A DNA stretch of 64,000 nt from Anolis carolinensis (Eukaryota), in contig NC_085842.1 in the NCBI RefSeq assembly GCF_035594765.1, forward strand, positions 9,609,256-9,673,255. Direction: 5' to 3'. The position numbers and the translations under genes are program-made. The first letter of the stretch is position 1, and every line of letters begins with the position of its first letter. Below, piece after piece: positions 24,120 to 38,832 of this stretch. The notes below the pieces were generated by a model. That model was not told the DNA's origin and did not search any database. It saw only the letters and a list, made by a program, of their open reading frames with translations.

Positions 24120-24891
24120 CTAGAAATATCGGTTCCAGGCAGGCGACGTGGGGCGAGATCCCGGGAGGGGAGGGGAGGGGAGGGGAGGGCGGGCCCAGGC
24201 CGAGTCTGCCGAGCTCCAGGCCCGGGAGAGGCAGGCGCATGCGCAGAGGCGGCGCCGCCATGGCTCCTGGGAACTCCACAGGCCTCGGCGCCTCCCGCTC
24301 CTCCCGAAGGCCCGGCCGGAAGAAAGGAAGGGAGGGAGGAAGGAAGGAAGGGAGGGAGGCCTGTCAGCTGGGAAAGGGAGGGGCGTGTACGAGGCCCCCC
24401 CCCCTTACCTGTCCCTCTCCGCCTCCCTCCCTCCGCCTTCCCGCGCTCGCTCTCGCCTCCTCCTCCGGAAGTGAGCTCACAGGGAAAGGCGTCGCTCGAC
24501 CAAATGGGGCTGCCCCGCCTCTCTAGGAAACAGAGGTCTCCCTCTCGCTGGACTTCCGCCCGCAACAAAGATGGCCTCCGCGGGCGAGGGACCCGTAGAG
24601 GGGCGGGGCTTCGCGGTAGTTGAACGGCACTGAAGCCTCAGGGAGACTGAGAATAAGAGAGACTCTCCTCCTCTGTTATCTTCACGGCGCCCAGGACCCA
24701 CCAATGGGAACCCGCCTTCCCCTCGAGCGTCATCAGTCTCCGGGCAGAACTTCCCCCGGCCCATTCTCCGTTCTGCCACTCACGGGACCCGCCAATGGGG
24801 ATCGGCGCCCGTCTCGCCGCGTCACCGGTCTCCGGGCAGACCCGCCGGCGCCTGCCCGCCTGGCTTCCACCCCTGGGGCTGAGGCTCGTCC

Positions 24892-24922
<31 letters not shown>

Positions 24923-24960
24923 CCATTCCCGGCCGGGGGAGGGATGGGGAAGGGAGGGGG
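24120..24960 (-). promoter_or_regulatory. CpG-island promoter and non-coding exon 1 of ZNF paralog A
   Basis: CpG-rich. NRF1 gcgcatgcgc 24235, donor 24407-24408, ETS acttccgc about 24552, YY1-like aagatggc about 24568, GC box 24601, two CCAAT/GCGTCA/GTCTCCGGGCAG modules at 24701-24839. Confidence 0.8.
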
Positions 24961-24977
24961 GCATGTCTTCACCTTCC

Positions 24978-25193
24978 TATTTATTTATTTATGTATTTAT
25001 TTACAGCATGTATATTCCCTGAAGGGGGCTCAGGGCGGATCACATGACACATATGGGCAAACATTCAATGCCTTTAACATAGAACAAAGACAAGACAAAC
25101 ATAGGCTCCGAGCGGGCCTCGAACTCATGACCTCCTGGTCAGAGTGATTCATTGCAGCTGGTTGCAGTGGGCTGCTTTTCCAGCCTGCGCCAC
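24978..25193 (-). mobile_element. Sauria-type SINE (internally deleted, runs into gap)
   Basis: Minus strand gtggcgcaggctgg...gagttcgaggccc plus tail. Confidence 0.7.
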
Positions 25194-25865
25194 NNNNNNN
25201 NNNNNNNNNNNNNNNNNNNNNNNNNNNNNNNNNNNNNNNNNNNNNNNNNNNNNNNNNNNNNNNNNNNNNNNNNNNNNNNNNNNNNNNNNNNNNNNNNNNN
25301 NNNNNNNNNNNNNNNNNNNNNNNNNNNNNNNNNNNNNNNNNNNNNNNNNNNNNNNNNNNNNNNNNNNNNNNNNNNNNNNNNNNNNNNNNNNNNNNNNNNN
25401 NNNNNNNNNNNNNNNNNNNNNNNNNNNNNNNNNNNNNNNNNNNNNNNNNNNNNNNNNNNNNNNNNNNNNNNNNNNNNNNNNNNNNNNNNNNNNNNNNNNN
25501 NNNNNNNNNNNNNNNNNNNNNNNNNNNNNNNNNNNNNNNNNNNNNNNNNNNNNNNNNNNNNNNNNNNNNNNNNNNNNNNNNNNNNNNNNNNNNNNNNNNN
25601 NNNNNNNNNNNNNNNNNNNNNNNNNNNNNNNNNNNNNNNNNNNNNNNNNNNNNNNNNNNNNNNNNNNNNNNNNNNNNNNNNNNNNNNNNNNNNNNNNNNN
25701 NNNNNNNNNNNNNNNNNNNNNNNNNNNNNNNNNNNNNNNNNNNNNNNNNNNNNNNNNNNNNNNNNNNNNNNNNNNNNNNNNNNNNNNNNNNNNNNNNNNN
25801 NNNNNNNNNNNNNNNNNNNNNNNNNNNNNNNNNNNNNNNNNNNNNNNNNNNNNNNNNNNNNNNNN
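25194..25865. other. Assembly gap
   Basis: Run of N. Confidence 1.
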
Positions 25866-26659
25866 TGTGGGGCATTTCCTTCCTTCTCCCCACAAGGGAG
25901 GCCCCTCCCCACCTGCGCACCCCCAGGATCACCGCGTGGGGAGAGACCTCAGGGGCCATCCAGTCCGACTCCCTGGAAGAAGCAGGGAAATCCCATCCAA
26001 AGCAGCCCTGACAGGCCACACAGAGAGAGAGAGACCCCTCTCCCCCAGTGGAGACCCATCTCTCTGCCCCGCCTTCTGTGCTGGGAGCCACTGGGCGGAA
26101 GGGCCCCTCCACCAGCCCCACGGGCTCCATCCTGCGCCCCACGCCTCAGGGGAGGCCGCCTTTGGGACCACAAGGCCCAGCATCCCCAGGCACGGAAGGA
26201 GGCCCTGGCTCTCTGCTTCCGGGGGGAATCCCACCCAAGGGGTCCCGTCTCTCCCGGGATGGGGTGGGCGTGGGCCCAGCAAAGGACAAGGCCTGCGGGG
26301 ATGGGGACCCTCGTGCGAGACGCAGGCGGAGGATGCCTTGGGTGTGCCTGCCTTTAGGGACCGCGTATGCAAGGCCTTGCGTACACAACACCGCTCTTCA
26401 CAGACGGGTCAGAAACCAAGGCAAGGGGGAGACTCAGGCGGTCAAGACCTCCGGGGCAAGGCTGGGCTGGACCCTTCCTGGGCACCGGTGGACATTTCAA
26501 CCATTCACAGTGATGTCCACCAGCCAGCCGATCCCAGCACACCCCATCCGGGCCAACCCTTCACAACATGTTTTGTTGATTTGTTATGTTTAGTTATGCC
26601 AAATTGCTTATATTAATTATTTGTACTTCAATTTATGACTTATTTGTATTTTTATGATG

Positions 26660-27150
26660 TATTTACTTATTTCCAGTATTTATATTCCGCCCTTTCTTCT
26701 CACCCCGAAGGGGACTCAAGGCGGATCCCAATGCACGTGTACATGGCAAACATTCAATGCCATTATTAGACATACGACATATAGAGACAGACACAGCGGC
26801 AATTCAACATTTTCCAGCTTCCGGCTTCTTGAGGGTCTGCTTGATTCCGGCCGCAGGGGGAGCTGCCGCTTCACACTGAGTTCTTCACGCTTCACTTTTG
26901 ACACTGAGTTCTTCTTCTGTACGCTGCTGGAAGGTTTTATGGCGACATACATTACTTAAATTAGCCTCCCTGCATAAGCAGTACCTAAATTCCTATTTGA
27001 CTGTTGCAACTGTTTTTCAGCTCCATAGCTCAACAGCAAGCTGGACTATTAAATGGCCAGAAGCTTACTCCGACCCAGGTTGGCTCAAACTCAGGACCTC
27101 TCAGTCAGTAGCGATTTATTGCAGCCGGCTACTAACCAGCTGTGCCACAT
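26660..27150 (-). mobile_element. Sauria-type SINE
   Basis: Reverse-complement homolog of 23279-23755. Confidence 0.8.
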
Positions 27151-27259
27151 GTATTTGTGTGGCATTGAATAGTTGCCATCCCTGTTGTAAGCCACCCCGA
27201 GTCCCCTAAGGGGAGATGGCAGGGGATATCAATGCAATGGATTGATTGATTGGTCTGAT

Positions 27260-28250
27260 GCAGCCTAGGAGGTGATATTATTACAAAAGGACAGCCCAAG
27301 GGAAGCTGGTCTCTGCTCTTACTTATCCAAGAAGATTTTGAAGACTGAAGGCGTTGGCGTGTGTGGGAGAAGGAGTCCCTTGCGGTGCAGGTGGACACAG
27401 AAATCTGCAGATCCCGCAACGGCTGAATGCCAGACAACTAAGGTGGGCCCAGTTTTGAGCAAATTCACTTTACATTCCTTTCCGGGGAAGGAATCTTTCC
27501 TAGCTGATGCACTGCTTCAGATGCCCCAAAGCTGAGAGTAACACTGCATTTGGCCCTCAACCCTTGGGCTTAGTGGTCCAGACTCAGGCACGGGGCAGGT
27601 TGGATGATCCCAAGGGGCCTGCAGAGGACAGGGAAGCTGTGGGGCTGGCCAGGGAACTGCAAGAGGAAAAGAAGGCTGACCCATGGCTTTTGGAGAAGGA
27701 GTCTGGTGAGGAAAACCGGCTTGTGGTACTTTTGTGGCAAACTGTATGTTCCCCAGAAACCTAGGGAGAAAGTTTTGGGACAGGTCCACAAAACAAGCTT
27801 TTTCTTCTTCTTTATTCGGTCAGTTGTTTGCAACTCTTTGTGACCTCATGGACACTTTGGCTAGAGAAAAAGCCTGAAACTGCTCAGGTGGCAATTCTGG
27901 GGGCCGGGAGCCCAGAGGGATGTCAAGAGCTATGTTCAGGAATGCCCGACATGTGAGCGGGGAAAGCAAAGCGTAGGCAAGTCCACAAGGCTGTTGCAGC
28001 CAGGAGCAGATCCCTAACAGCCCTGGAAGCAGATACCCGTGGACTCCATAGTGGAATGACCAGAGAACAAGGGCTCTGACACAGTACGGACTGCCATGTA
28101 TCTGTCTCTAAATAACCCCCCGTTATCCCTCCCAAGAGGCTACCTCATGCACAGCTGGCTGAATGGTTGTTGCGGCGTTTTTATCGCCTGCATGGATGCC
28201 CAGGGCACACTATTTTGGACAGGGGCCCGCAGTTTACAGCTAATAAAGGT
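27260..28250 (+). mobile_element. Decayed Gypsy/Ty3 pol fragment (RNase H - integrase)
   Basis: Frameshifted motifs CSYLSKK, WEKE, PGKESFLADAL, and integrase zinc-binding HGHFG...VKSYVQECPTC. Confidence 0.7.
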
Positions 28251-28269
28251 AATAATAATAATACAACGG

Positions 28270-28857
28270 TTTGGATCCTGCCTATCTTTGCGATTGCATC
28301 TTCCCCTATGAACCTGCGCTGGCCTTAAGATCTGCTGGGAAGGCCCTTCTCTCGCTCCCACTTCCATCACAAGCACGGCTGGTGGAGACGAGGGGGAGAG
28401 AGGGCCTTCCTTCCCAGTGGTGCCCCCCCCCCTGCTCTGGAACTCCCCAGGGAGATCAGATGAGCACCCACCCTGTCCATCTTCCGTATAGACCTGAAAA
28501 CTTGGATGCTTCCATGTGCCTTTGATGAACCGGTTCCTTTGCTGACCAGAACCCCTCGCCCTCACTCATTGTCCGGCCTTGCAGCACCGTATTACCCACT
28601 GTCCCTGCGCTAGCCCTTGCCCGCCCTCTTAGATCTCAACATGCCCACTGTTCTCGGCTACTGGTTGATGGTTATTGTTGTTCTTACGTTGTTATGATGT
28701 TTGTTGCTTGGTTTTATTGTTTGAATGATTGAAATGCAATTGTATATTAATTTTGTTATTTTTATTCTGTTTTTGCTGGGTGTAGTCCCCAAATAAGCCG
28801 CCCCGAGTTCCTTCAGGGAGATGGTAGCGGGATATAAGAATAAAGTTATTATTATTA
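28270..28857 (+). mobile_element. L2 3' end with (TTA)n tail
   Basis: AYLCDCIFPYEPALALRS..., tail taagccgccccgagttccttcagggagatggtagcgggatataagaataaag. Confidence 0.75.
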
Positions 28858-29388
28858 TCTATACACATAATAAAAGTGAAAATATGTGTATGTGGCAGAG
28901 GTGTCCATTTACACAGACGTGCTTCCACTTCCACAAATAGCTACAGCTTTCACTACGCAAGAGAAACTAGTGGTCCTCCATCCAATGACATTGCAGTTAT
29001 AGCGAGCGCTGTGAAAATGTCCAAGAGCCCCGCCAATGTCCTCCACGAACACCATCTTGCCCACCACCCAAGTGAAGGCTTTCATGCGAGGACAATTTCC
29101 TCTTAGTTCTTCTGTTTTTCCTCCGCCAGACACCCATTGTTTCTGACTCTCCATTGGTGTGGAATTTGCATGACCCTGCCCACTGTCTTTCCATAACCAT
29201 TTCCTATTCCTTTCCATGGCACACCGCACACAGAGGAATTGATCGGCAATTGAACATACTAGAGAGAAAGCTTTGGGGAGACTTCACCATCATTTATAGG
29301 ACTTGTGGGGACTGGGATGTATAGTCTACCTGCAATCTAAGAGCATTCTGAGCTCTACCAATGATGGGCCTGGAACTAACTTGGAATT
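28858..29388 (+). mobile_element. Non-autonomous Helitron, 5' part
   Basis: Starts A|TCTATACACATAATAAAAGTG; homologous to 44448-45000. Confidence 0.65.
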
Positions 29389-29389
29389 C

Positions 29390-29990
29390 TTCTGTTTTCA
29401 GAGTGTTGTTCCTTATTTACTGTTCTGATTTTGGAGTTTTTTAATACTGGTAGCCAGATGTTGTTCATTTTCATGGCTTCCTCCTTTCTGTTGAAGTTGT
29501 CCACACGCTTGTGGATTTCAATGGCTTCTCTGTGTCACCTGACATGATAGTTGTTGGAGTGGTCCAGCATTTCTGTGTCCTCAAATAATAAGCTGTGTCC
29601 AGGTTGGTTCATCAAGTGCTTTGCTATGGCTGATTTCTCTGGCTGAGTGAGTCTGCAGTGCCTTTCATGTTCTTTGACTCATGCCTGGGCAATGCTGCTG
29701 CGTTTGGTGGTCCCTATGCAGACTTCTTGTCCACAGCTGCATGGTAGTCATCAGTTTCTCTATGCGGTCAGTGGTTCCCTTGATGTCTGGTAAGAACACT
29801 TTTCCTCTGGGTGGATCTTTGTCTTTACTCTCATGGCTTGTTCTTGGCCTTACAGCTCTTCTGATGTCTGTGGTAGAATCTCCATTGGCCTGGAGAGCCC
29901 AGTTGAGGTAGTTTAGTTCACCTTGGAGGAGGTGAGATTTGCGGATACTTTGTGCACGGTCTGTCAGGGCTTTGATTGTGCTTCTTTTTT
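29390..29990 (-). mobile_element. Penelope-like element, GIY-YIG endonuclease region
   Basis: Minus-strand fragments CGQEVCIGTTKR, KEHERHCRL, SAIAKHLMN, EAIEIHK. Confidence 0.8.
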
Positions 29991-30026
29991 TTACAGGGGG
30001 GTTGCTCTATGCAGGCATTATTATTG

Positions 30027-30240
30027 TATGACACAGCAAACAAGACAGACAGGCTGGATTTCGTATCACAAAATCACAAGTCGAACAAGTGTCTAGGACT
30101 GTGTGATGTATTTTCGGATGATGCGCGCAGATCCCAGTAGGGTGGCCTTTTGCAGTTGGCAGATCGTAATTTTGTCAATGCCTATTGTCCAAATGCCGGC
30201 TGAGATCTTTTGGCATGGCACCCAGTGCGCCGATCACCAG
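30027..30240 (-). mobile_element. R4/Dong-clade LINE 3' end
   Basis: Homologous to 59700-59917 (GALGAMPKDL, QLQKATLLGSARIIR); flanked by TTA and CAT microsatellites. Confidence 0.7.
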
Positions 30241-30329
30241 GCATCATCATAATCATCATCATCATCATCATAATCATCATCATCATCATTATGTTTATTA
30301 TGTTAAGCTTCTTACAATTAAAAGTATGA

Positions 30330-30900
30330 CCACCAGATTTACAGATATTTGCCAAGGTCACAGTCCAACAGTCACATGTCAGGAATGCATTCACCACAGT
30401 TCATAAAATAACCATGAATGCAAGAGTACAAACAGAAGTCAGAATTCCAAAGTCAAGCCAGAGAGGCAGGGGTGCAAACTGAAGTCCAAGTCCATAAATC
30501 AAGCCAAGTAGTCAGTCCAGAACTTAAAGTCATCGACTCAAAGTAGAGTCCAGAATAGGATTATAGGAACAAAACTAGAGTCCAGAATTCTATCCAAGGG
30601 GCAGCAAAGGAAAGATCCAGAACAAGATGTATGATATTATCTGTCACAAAAGAGCGATTCTTTCCCGTAACCTTTTTGTCATGACAGCTCAATTGCTGTT
30701 TATTTCAGAAACCTTTCACTGATCATCCCAGAAGCCTGCAATTATTTTCTTGAGGAGAAAAAAGGTCAGGTTAACTCCTTCCAAACTATCTGCAATACTG
30801 AGAAAAGTCCTCCTCTGTTGGAGACCTGTCTCCAGAATCAGTCAAGACCAAACACACAAACTGTTGTACTTTTTTGTCCATTCTACCATTTTTTTTGTCT
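30330..30900 (-). repeat. LTR-like repeat downstream of ZNF paralog B
   Basis: aaggtcacagtccaacagtcacatg...caagagtacaaac is shared with 50840-50925. Ends not defined. Confidence 0.45.
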
Positions 30901-30965
30901 GCCTGGGAACCTTGTCTAAGGAAATTTTTGAGGAGTACTAGGAACATAAGGACAGGTCTCTTCTA

Positions 30966-32723
<1,758 letters not shown>

Positions 32724-32730
32724 CACACAT

Positions 32731-34035
32731 TTATGTGGTCTCTCTCCTGTGTGCATCCTTTGATGGATATGGAGATCTCCACTCTGACAAAAGCTCTTTC
32801 CACATTCCATGCATTTGTGGCTTCTCCCCTGTGTGAGTCCTTTGATGGAAACGTAGACTTCCACTGTGACTGAAGCTCTTTCCACATTCCATGCATGTAT
32901 GTGGCTTCTCCCCTGTGTGAGTCCTTTGATGGGTGCGTAGATTTCCACTCTGATTAAAGCTCTTTCCACATTCCATGCATGTATGTGGCTTCTCACCTGT
33001 GTGAGTCCTTTGATGGATACGCAGAGGCCCACTCCGACTGAAGCTCTTTCCACATTCCACACATTCATGTGGTCTCTCACCTGTGTGCATCCTTTGATGG
33101 TTACGGAGATCTCCACTCCGACTGAAGCTCTTTCCACATTCCATGCATTTATGTGGCTTTTCTCCTGTGTGGGTTCTTTGATGGGAATGGAGCTTTCCAC
33201 TCTGACTGAAGCTCTTTCCACATTCCACACATTTATGTGGTCTCTCTCCTGTGTGCATCCTTTGATGGATATGGAGATCTCCACTCTGACTGAAGCTCTT
33301 TCCACATTCCATGCATTTATGTGGCTTCTCCCCTGTGTGAGTCCTTTGATGGAAACGTAGACTGCCACTGTGACTGAAGCTCTTTCCACATTCCATGCAT
33401 TTATGTGGCTTCTCCCCTGTGTGAGTCCTTTGATGGAAACGTAGACTGCCACTGTGACTGAAGCTCTTTCCACATTCCATGCATTTATGTGGCTTCTCTC
33501 CTGTGTGCATCCTTTGATGGATGCGTAAATTTCCACTCTTACTGAATCTCTTTCCACATTCCATGCATGTATGTGGCTTCTCCCCTGTGTGAGTCCTTTG
33601 ATGGATGCGTAGATTTCCACTCTGACTGAAGCTCTTTCCACATTCCATGCATGTATGTGGCTTCTCCCCTGTGTGAGTCCTTTGATGGGTGCGTAGATTT
33701 CCACTCTCACTGAATCTCTTTCCACATTCCATGCATGTATGTGGCTTCTCCCTTGTGTGAGTCCTTTGATGGATGCGTAGATTTCCACTCTGACTGAATC
33801 TCTTTCCACATTCCACGCATGTATGTGGCTTCTCTCCTGTGTGGATCCTTTGATGGATACGCAGATGTCCACTCTGACTGAAGCTCTTTCCACATTCCAC
33901 ACATTTATATGGCTTCTCTCCTGTGTGAGTTCGTTGATGTTTAGCAAGAGAACTTCTCCCAATGAAACATTTCCCACAGTCCTTACAATTATGTCGCTTC
34001 TCCCCTGTGTGTGATTTTGACAACGAATTTTCCAT
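32731..34035 (-). CDS. C2H2 zinc-finger protein paralog B, 14 intact fingers then a frameshift
   Basis: aaaATGG start with an in-frame TAA at 34039-34041. A 2-nt deletion at about 32816 (gcatttgtgg vs gcatttatgtgg) gives a stop at 32731-32733. Acceptor AG at 34317-34318. Confidence 0.85.
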   Translation of the reverse strand: MENSLSKSHTGEKRHNCKDCGKCFIGRSSLAKHQRTHTGEKPYKCVECGKSFSQSGHLRIHQRIHTGEKPHTCVECGKRFSQSGNLRIHQRTHTREKPHTCMECGKRFSESGNLRTHQRTHTGEKPHTCMECGKSFSQSGNLRIHQRTHTGEKPHTCMECGKRFSKSGNLRIHQRMHTGEKPHKCMECGKSFSHSGSLRFHQRTHTGEKPHKCMECGKSFSHSGSLRFHQRTHTGEKPHKCMECGKSFSQSGDLHIHQRMHTGERPHKCVECGKSFSQSGKLHSHQRTHTGEKPHKCMECGKSFSRSGDLRNHQRMHTGERPHECVECGKSFSRSGPLRIHQRTHTGEKPHTCMECGKSFNQSGNLRTHQRTHTGEKPHTCMECGKSFSHSGSLRFHQRTHTGEKPQMHGMWKELLSEWRSPYPSKDAHRRETT

Positions 34036-35274
34036 TTTTTAACATTTATTATTCAAATATTATGCCTGAAGTTCACAGATATGGACTCCTGAATAGGATA
34101 TTTCCTCTTCCCAGTCTCTGTATTGCTGTAGCCTTATTTTCTCTTTACCAACCCCTCTTTTTACAGCACAATCCTTCCTTTCCTTACATTCAAAGGTATG
34201 TAGCTTGAAATATAATTTCTCCAATTCATTTCTTGTTCTTGTTAACCCTGCGTACTTTCATTTCAGACGTAAGGCAAAGGGCAATGTTTTCTTCATAAGG
34301 TTCGTTTAGAGGTTACCTGCGAAATGAATAAGAGGAAAATCTTATCAGGAGCAGAGTACAGAAAGATCTCATTGAACATGAACAACAATAGCCTAGTGCT
34401 GTAGCAATCACAGGGGAAGAGGGGAGAAAGCCTGGCCCAACTGGTAAGAGCCCGTTGCCTGCTGAGAAGCACTTTAACACTTGCCCAACAAAGAACAATC
34501 CCTGCAAAGGGGATAGCGGCCTAAGATCCTGTGTCTAATCCAACCTTGGTAAAGGAAGGCCTCTAATAATATGGTCAACATGGAAAGGGGCTAACGATGC
34601 AAAGCATTTCCTACCTAGATCCCGCTTCTTCACATCTCCACTCAAAACCTGAGTGGCCATCTGTATGAACAGACTATCCCAAGTGATCAGTCTTGGGAGA
34701 AAAATACTTCCTCCAACTTGGGGGAGAGATATTTTCCTGATCCTCTCTTTCCCTGCAGCGTGATGCCTGCCCCACGTTTCTAAAGCAAGGCGCCTGGAGA
34801 CACTGAGAGCACATTAGGCCACAAAGTTCCTTGACATACTGCATTCTTACAAAACCTATACCACAAAGGTATGTAACTTCAGCCAGAGCCAAGGCACTCA
34901 GCCTAGCAGCAGTACATGAGAGAAGGCGGTATAGAGGAGACAGATGGATAGACCCCCAGGGTGAGTGGGAATCCTGCTGCCCTCCAGATCCTTCTGCACT
35001 CCAACAGCACCCTTGGGTGGGAGACATGATTCCTGCCCAGTTCTGCTCAGTTCAGTCCATTTTAGAAAGGACATTGGCAAACTGCAGCGGATTCATAGAA
35101 AGGCAACAAGGACAGGAAGACATTACATTGTAAATTGTAAATGAAGGAAAAATAAAGGCAAAAGTTTGCTTTTGCACAGGAGACAATGTTGTGGCTCGAT
35201 CTAAAATTACGTGCTAAAGATGATGCTTCTGACCGTCATCTGGGTAGTACCAGGTATAGCTTGTGCCACCAGAT

Positions 35275-36958
35275 GACTGCAACTAGGCCGACCACCTGCT
35301 CCCTCGATCCGTGTCCCTCCTGGCTAGTAAGATCTTGCCTGGAGGGATTACGTGAACCTCTGTTGAATATAATAAACAGCTCCCTTGAGCAAGGAGTTTT
35401 TCCAGAGGGTTTAAAAGAGGCGATGGTATCTCCGCTGATGAAGAAACCAGACTTGGATCGTTCGGTTCCCGCTAGCTACCGCCCAGTCTCGAATCTTCCG
35501 TTTCTGGGCAAGGTGGTTGAGAGGGCAGCAGCGGAACAGTTGCAGCAGTTCCTCAATGACACAGCCGGACTTGATCCCTTCCAGTCCGGCTTCCGTAGGG
35601 GGCACGGGACGGAGACTGTGCTAGTTGCCATCACAGATCAGCTTCGCTGCCAAAGGGATCAAGGCGGATCAGCGCTGCTCGTGTTATTGGATCTCACAGC
35701 AGCATTTGATACGGTCGATCACAATCTATTGACCCATCGCCTAGCCATGATGGGGGTTAGGGGGATACCCCTTAAATGGGTGTCCTCCTTCCTCCAGAAT
35801 CAGGGACAGCGGGTGGTGAGGGGAGGGAAGGTTTCCGAGAGGTCTCCACTAACTTGTGGGGTCCCACAGGGAGCTATTCTCTCTCCTCTATTATTTAAGA
35901 TCTATTTGCGACCGCTTGCCCGACTGGTGCGGAGCTTTGGGCTCGAGTGCCACCAGTACGCTGATGACACTCAGCTCATTCTGAGGATGGAGGGCCGGTC
36001 GGACTCCGTACCCGATAGTTTCCATCAGTGCCCTGAGGCCGTTACTGGATGGTTGCGTGCCAGCAGGTTGAGGGTGAATCCAGCGAAGACGGAGATCCTT
36101 TGGCTGGGCTGTCCGGGTGGGGGGGAGATGCAGCTGCCTACCCTGGATGGCGAGACACTGCGTCCGTCATCTTCTGTAAAAAGTCTTGGTGTCTTATTGG
36201 ACCCTCTGCTCACAATGGAGGCCCAGGTCTCTGCTGTGAGCAGATCTGCGTTTTTCCATCTACGTCAGGCTAGGCGACTGGCTCCCTACCTATCTAGGAA
36301 CGACCTGGCTACGGTGATCCAGGCGACGGTCATCTTGAGGCTCGACTACTGTAACGCCCTCTACATTGGCCTTCCTCTGTCAGTGATCCGGAAACTGAAG
36401 CTGGTGCAAAATGCGGTGGCTCATCTTCTCGCCAGGGTGCCGGCGAGGTGGCGTATCACCCCAATTCTACAACAGCTGCACTGGCTACCGATTGAGTACC
36501 GGATTACTTTCAAGATACTGGTACTAACCTTTAAGGCCTTACATGGTTTAGGGCCGGCGTACCTGAGGGCCCGCTTATCCCCCTACCAACCCCAGAGATT
36601 ACTTCGGTCCAAAGACCAACATTTGCTTGAAGTCCCTAACATACGGACTTATCATTTGTCTTCTACTAGGCAGAGAGCCTTCTCGATTGTAGCCCCTCAT
36701 TTATGGAATGCCTTGCCAGTTGAAACTCGAACTATCCGAGACCTACTTGCCTTTCGGAAAGCCTGCAAAACCTTGCTCTTCCGACAAGCTTTCGATGGGT
36801 GAAAAACTCGGGGCTATGTCTGTTTTTATTGTTGTTTTTATTGTTGTTGTTGTTATTTTAAAGCTAAGTGTATTGTTTTAATCTATTTCTGTAAACCGCT
36901 CTGAGCCAAACTGGGAGTAGCGGTATACAAGTCTAATAAAATAATTAATTAATTAAAT
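35275..36958 (+). mobile_element. Young 5'-truncated L2 LINE with an uninterrupted RT ORF
   Basis: ORF to 36802 with LDPCPSWL, YRPVSNLPFLGK, QSGFR, GVPQGAILSP, YADD and LDYCNALY, followed by an AT-rich tail. Confidence 0.92.
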
Positions 36959-37005
36959 AAAATGGTCCCCCAATTAACCAGAGAATTTGTTGATCACATT
37001 CACAA

Positions 37006-37128
37006 GGACTGCCAAAGGGGTTCCTAAGACCATCAGAAATATGTGTTTTCTGATGGTCTTTGACAACACCTCTGACATCCCCCTCGTGACCTACCCAGGG
37101 GTCCCGACCCCCAGGTTGAGAAACATTG
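37006..37128. mobile_element. SPIN-like hAT MITE fragment
   Basis: ggggttcctaagaccatcag...gaccccccaggttgagaaacattg resembles SPIN subterminal and terminal sequence (from memory). Confidence 0.5.
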
Positions 37129-37743
37129 ATTTACACTGTTACCCTATTGCATATGAAATTTGTTATAGACAAAGACAAAGAGAGAACTCTGAAAACAGAA
37201 AAGGAAGAAAGGGGAGAAACAAGAATGAATGGGGAAGCTCAAATTTTGAAATTGAAGATAAAGTGAAGTTTTTCTTTTGACGAAATAGGTACAGTCTCAA
37301 TGCAATCGTGATTTGTAATGTTCTGGATTAGAGAGAAAAGAGAAAGGAAATAAGGAAGATTTTTCAATGAGACCTTGAATTGAACAGAAGTCAAAACATC
37401 TTCCTGAAGCATTGCCAAATAGAGGAGCTTGTTTAGAAAAGACGTTTATTTGAAAACTTATCACAATATGACATCTATTGGATGAAAGTGGTTACATAAC
37501 AAATCCAATGTTCAGTTGAAACCTCCTAAAATGGAGAAAGGAAAACAACATAATAAGATATTGGAGAAACATGAAGAAGTTATGAAACCAGTGGAAATTT
37601 TGAATGGATTAATCGATAGTGCCAACAATAAGCTGGATCAAATGAATACCATAATGAAGAATTCTCTAGTGGCCCCCAAAGAAGGACAATTGAAACTGGA
37701 AAAGTTTCCGAAAGTTTCCGGGCCAAATTAAAGGTGCAGGTTA

Positions 37744-37940
37744 TCTATATATATAAAAGGGTAATGAAATTTCGGCCTAGGACAAAACAACAAAACTACA
37801 CATCCCAGAAACACTAAACTTGGCAGCACAACCCCTCATCCATGCCTCTATGTTCATACAACAAAAAGAAAAGAAAAATAAACTCCTAATTAGAGGGAGA
37901 GGAATAATTGTTTTTATCCAATTGCTGCCAGTTAGAAGGC
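37744..37940 (+). mobile_element. Helitron 5' fragment
   Basis: A|TCTATATATATAAAAGGG start; no 3' CTAG seen. Confidence 0.5.
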
Positions 37941-37941
37941 A

Positions 37942-38141
37942 AATTAAGCACCAAAACTTCATGTTAGACAACAAATTTGACAGAAAAAGTAGTTCAATAC
38001 GCAGTAATGTTATGTTGTAATTACTGTATTTACGAATTTAGCACCAAAATATCACGATATATTGGAAACATTGACTACAAAAATGGCTTGGATTATCCAG
38101 AGGCTTGGATAAGCGAGGCTTGGATTAGTGAGACTCTACTG
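37942..38141 (-). mobile_element. Tigger-derived MITE, partial
   Basis: Ends gagactctactg|TA; reverse complement of 19445-19640. Confidence 0.85.
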
Positions 38142-38143
38142 TA

Positions 38144-38560
38144 TTTGAGAAAGTACGAAGCAGTGATCCAAGGCGGATTTATCCTTACGGAATCCAGTTT
38201 GCTCAGGGCTGATGGTTTTGTTCTGGTCCAGCCTGGTCTGCAACTTTATTAATAGGAATTTTGCACAAAGCTTTCCAATTACCGATAGAAGGCTAATTGG
38301 CCAGTAATTGGAAGGATCGGGAGGGTCACCTTTTCTGTAGATTGGAACTATAATGGCAAATTGCCAGTGGTTTGGTAGGATGCCCGTGTTGTTAATGATG
38401 GTGAAGACTGCCACCAAGAAGAGGGTCCACCACTCAGGATCCGATGTCAAAATCTCCGGGATAATTAACTCCGATCCAAGTACTTTTCCATTTTTTAGAC
38501 CAACGATCAGGTCTGCTCCTTCACTACTGAAACAGGGTGCCAGTCGGTCAATTCAGGAGA
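38144..38560 (-). mobile_element. Non-LTR retrotransposon RT N-terminal fragment (RTE-X-like)
   Basis: IVPIYRKGD..DPSNYWPISLLS..EQTGFR..DHCFVL. Confidence 0.7.
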
Positions 38561-38569
38561 ATCTATCGC

Positions 38570-38832
38570 TTTTTTTTTCGTGTCAGGAGCAACCCGAGTT
38601 GCTTCCGGAGTGAGAGAATTGGCCGTCTGCAAGGATGTTGCCCAGGGGACGTTGCCTGGATGTTCTGCTGTTTTACCATCCTTGTGGGAGGGAGGCTTCT
38701 CTCATGTCCCCGCATGGAGCTGGAGCTGAGAGAGGGAGCTCACCTGGGTGGGGTTCGAACCTGGCAGCCTTCAGGTCAGCAGCCCAACCTTCAAGCCACG
38801 AGGCTTTTATCCCCTAGGCCACCGGAGGCTCC
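38570..38832 (-). mobile_element. Second tRNA-derived SINE family (poly-A tailed)
   Basis: Minus strand ggagcctccggtggcctag...ggttcgaaccc (B box)...gacacgaaaaaaaa. Confidence 0.75.

Noticed and set aside
23615-25147. GC-rich ORFs in the CpG islands (also 39647-40807, 60627-61773)
   Set aside because: Stop-poor GC and microsatellite sequence; not conserved in frame among the paralogous islands.
25866-26560. Gypsy gag/protease upstream of the pol fragment
   Set aside because: Too degenerate to support by eye.
25030-26616. ORFs spanning N runs (also 60137-60970)
   Set aside because: Assembly-gap artefacts.
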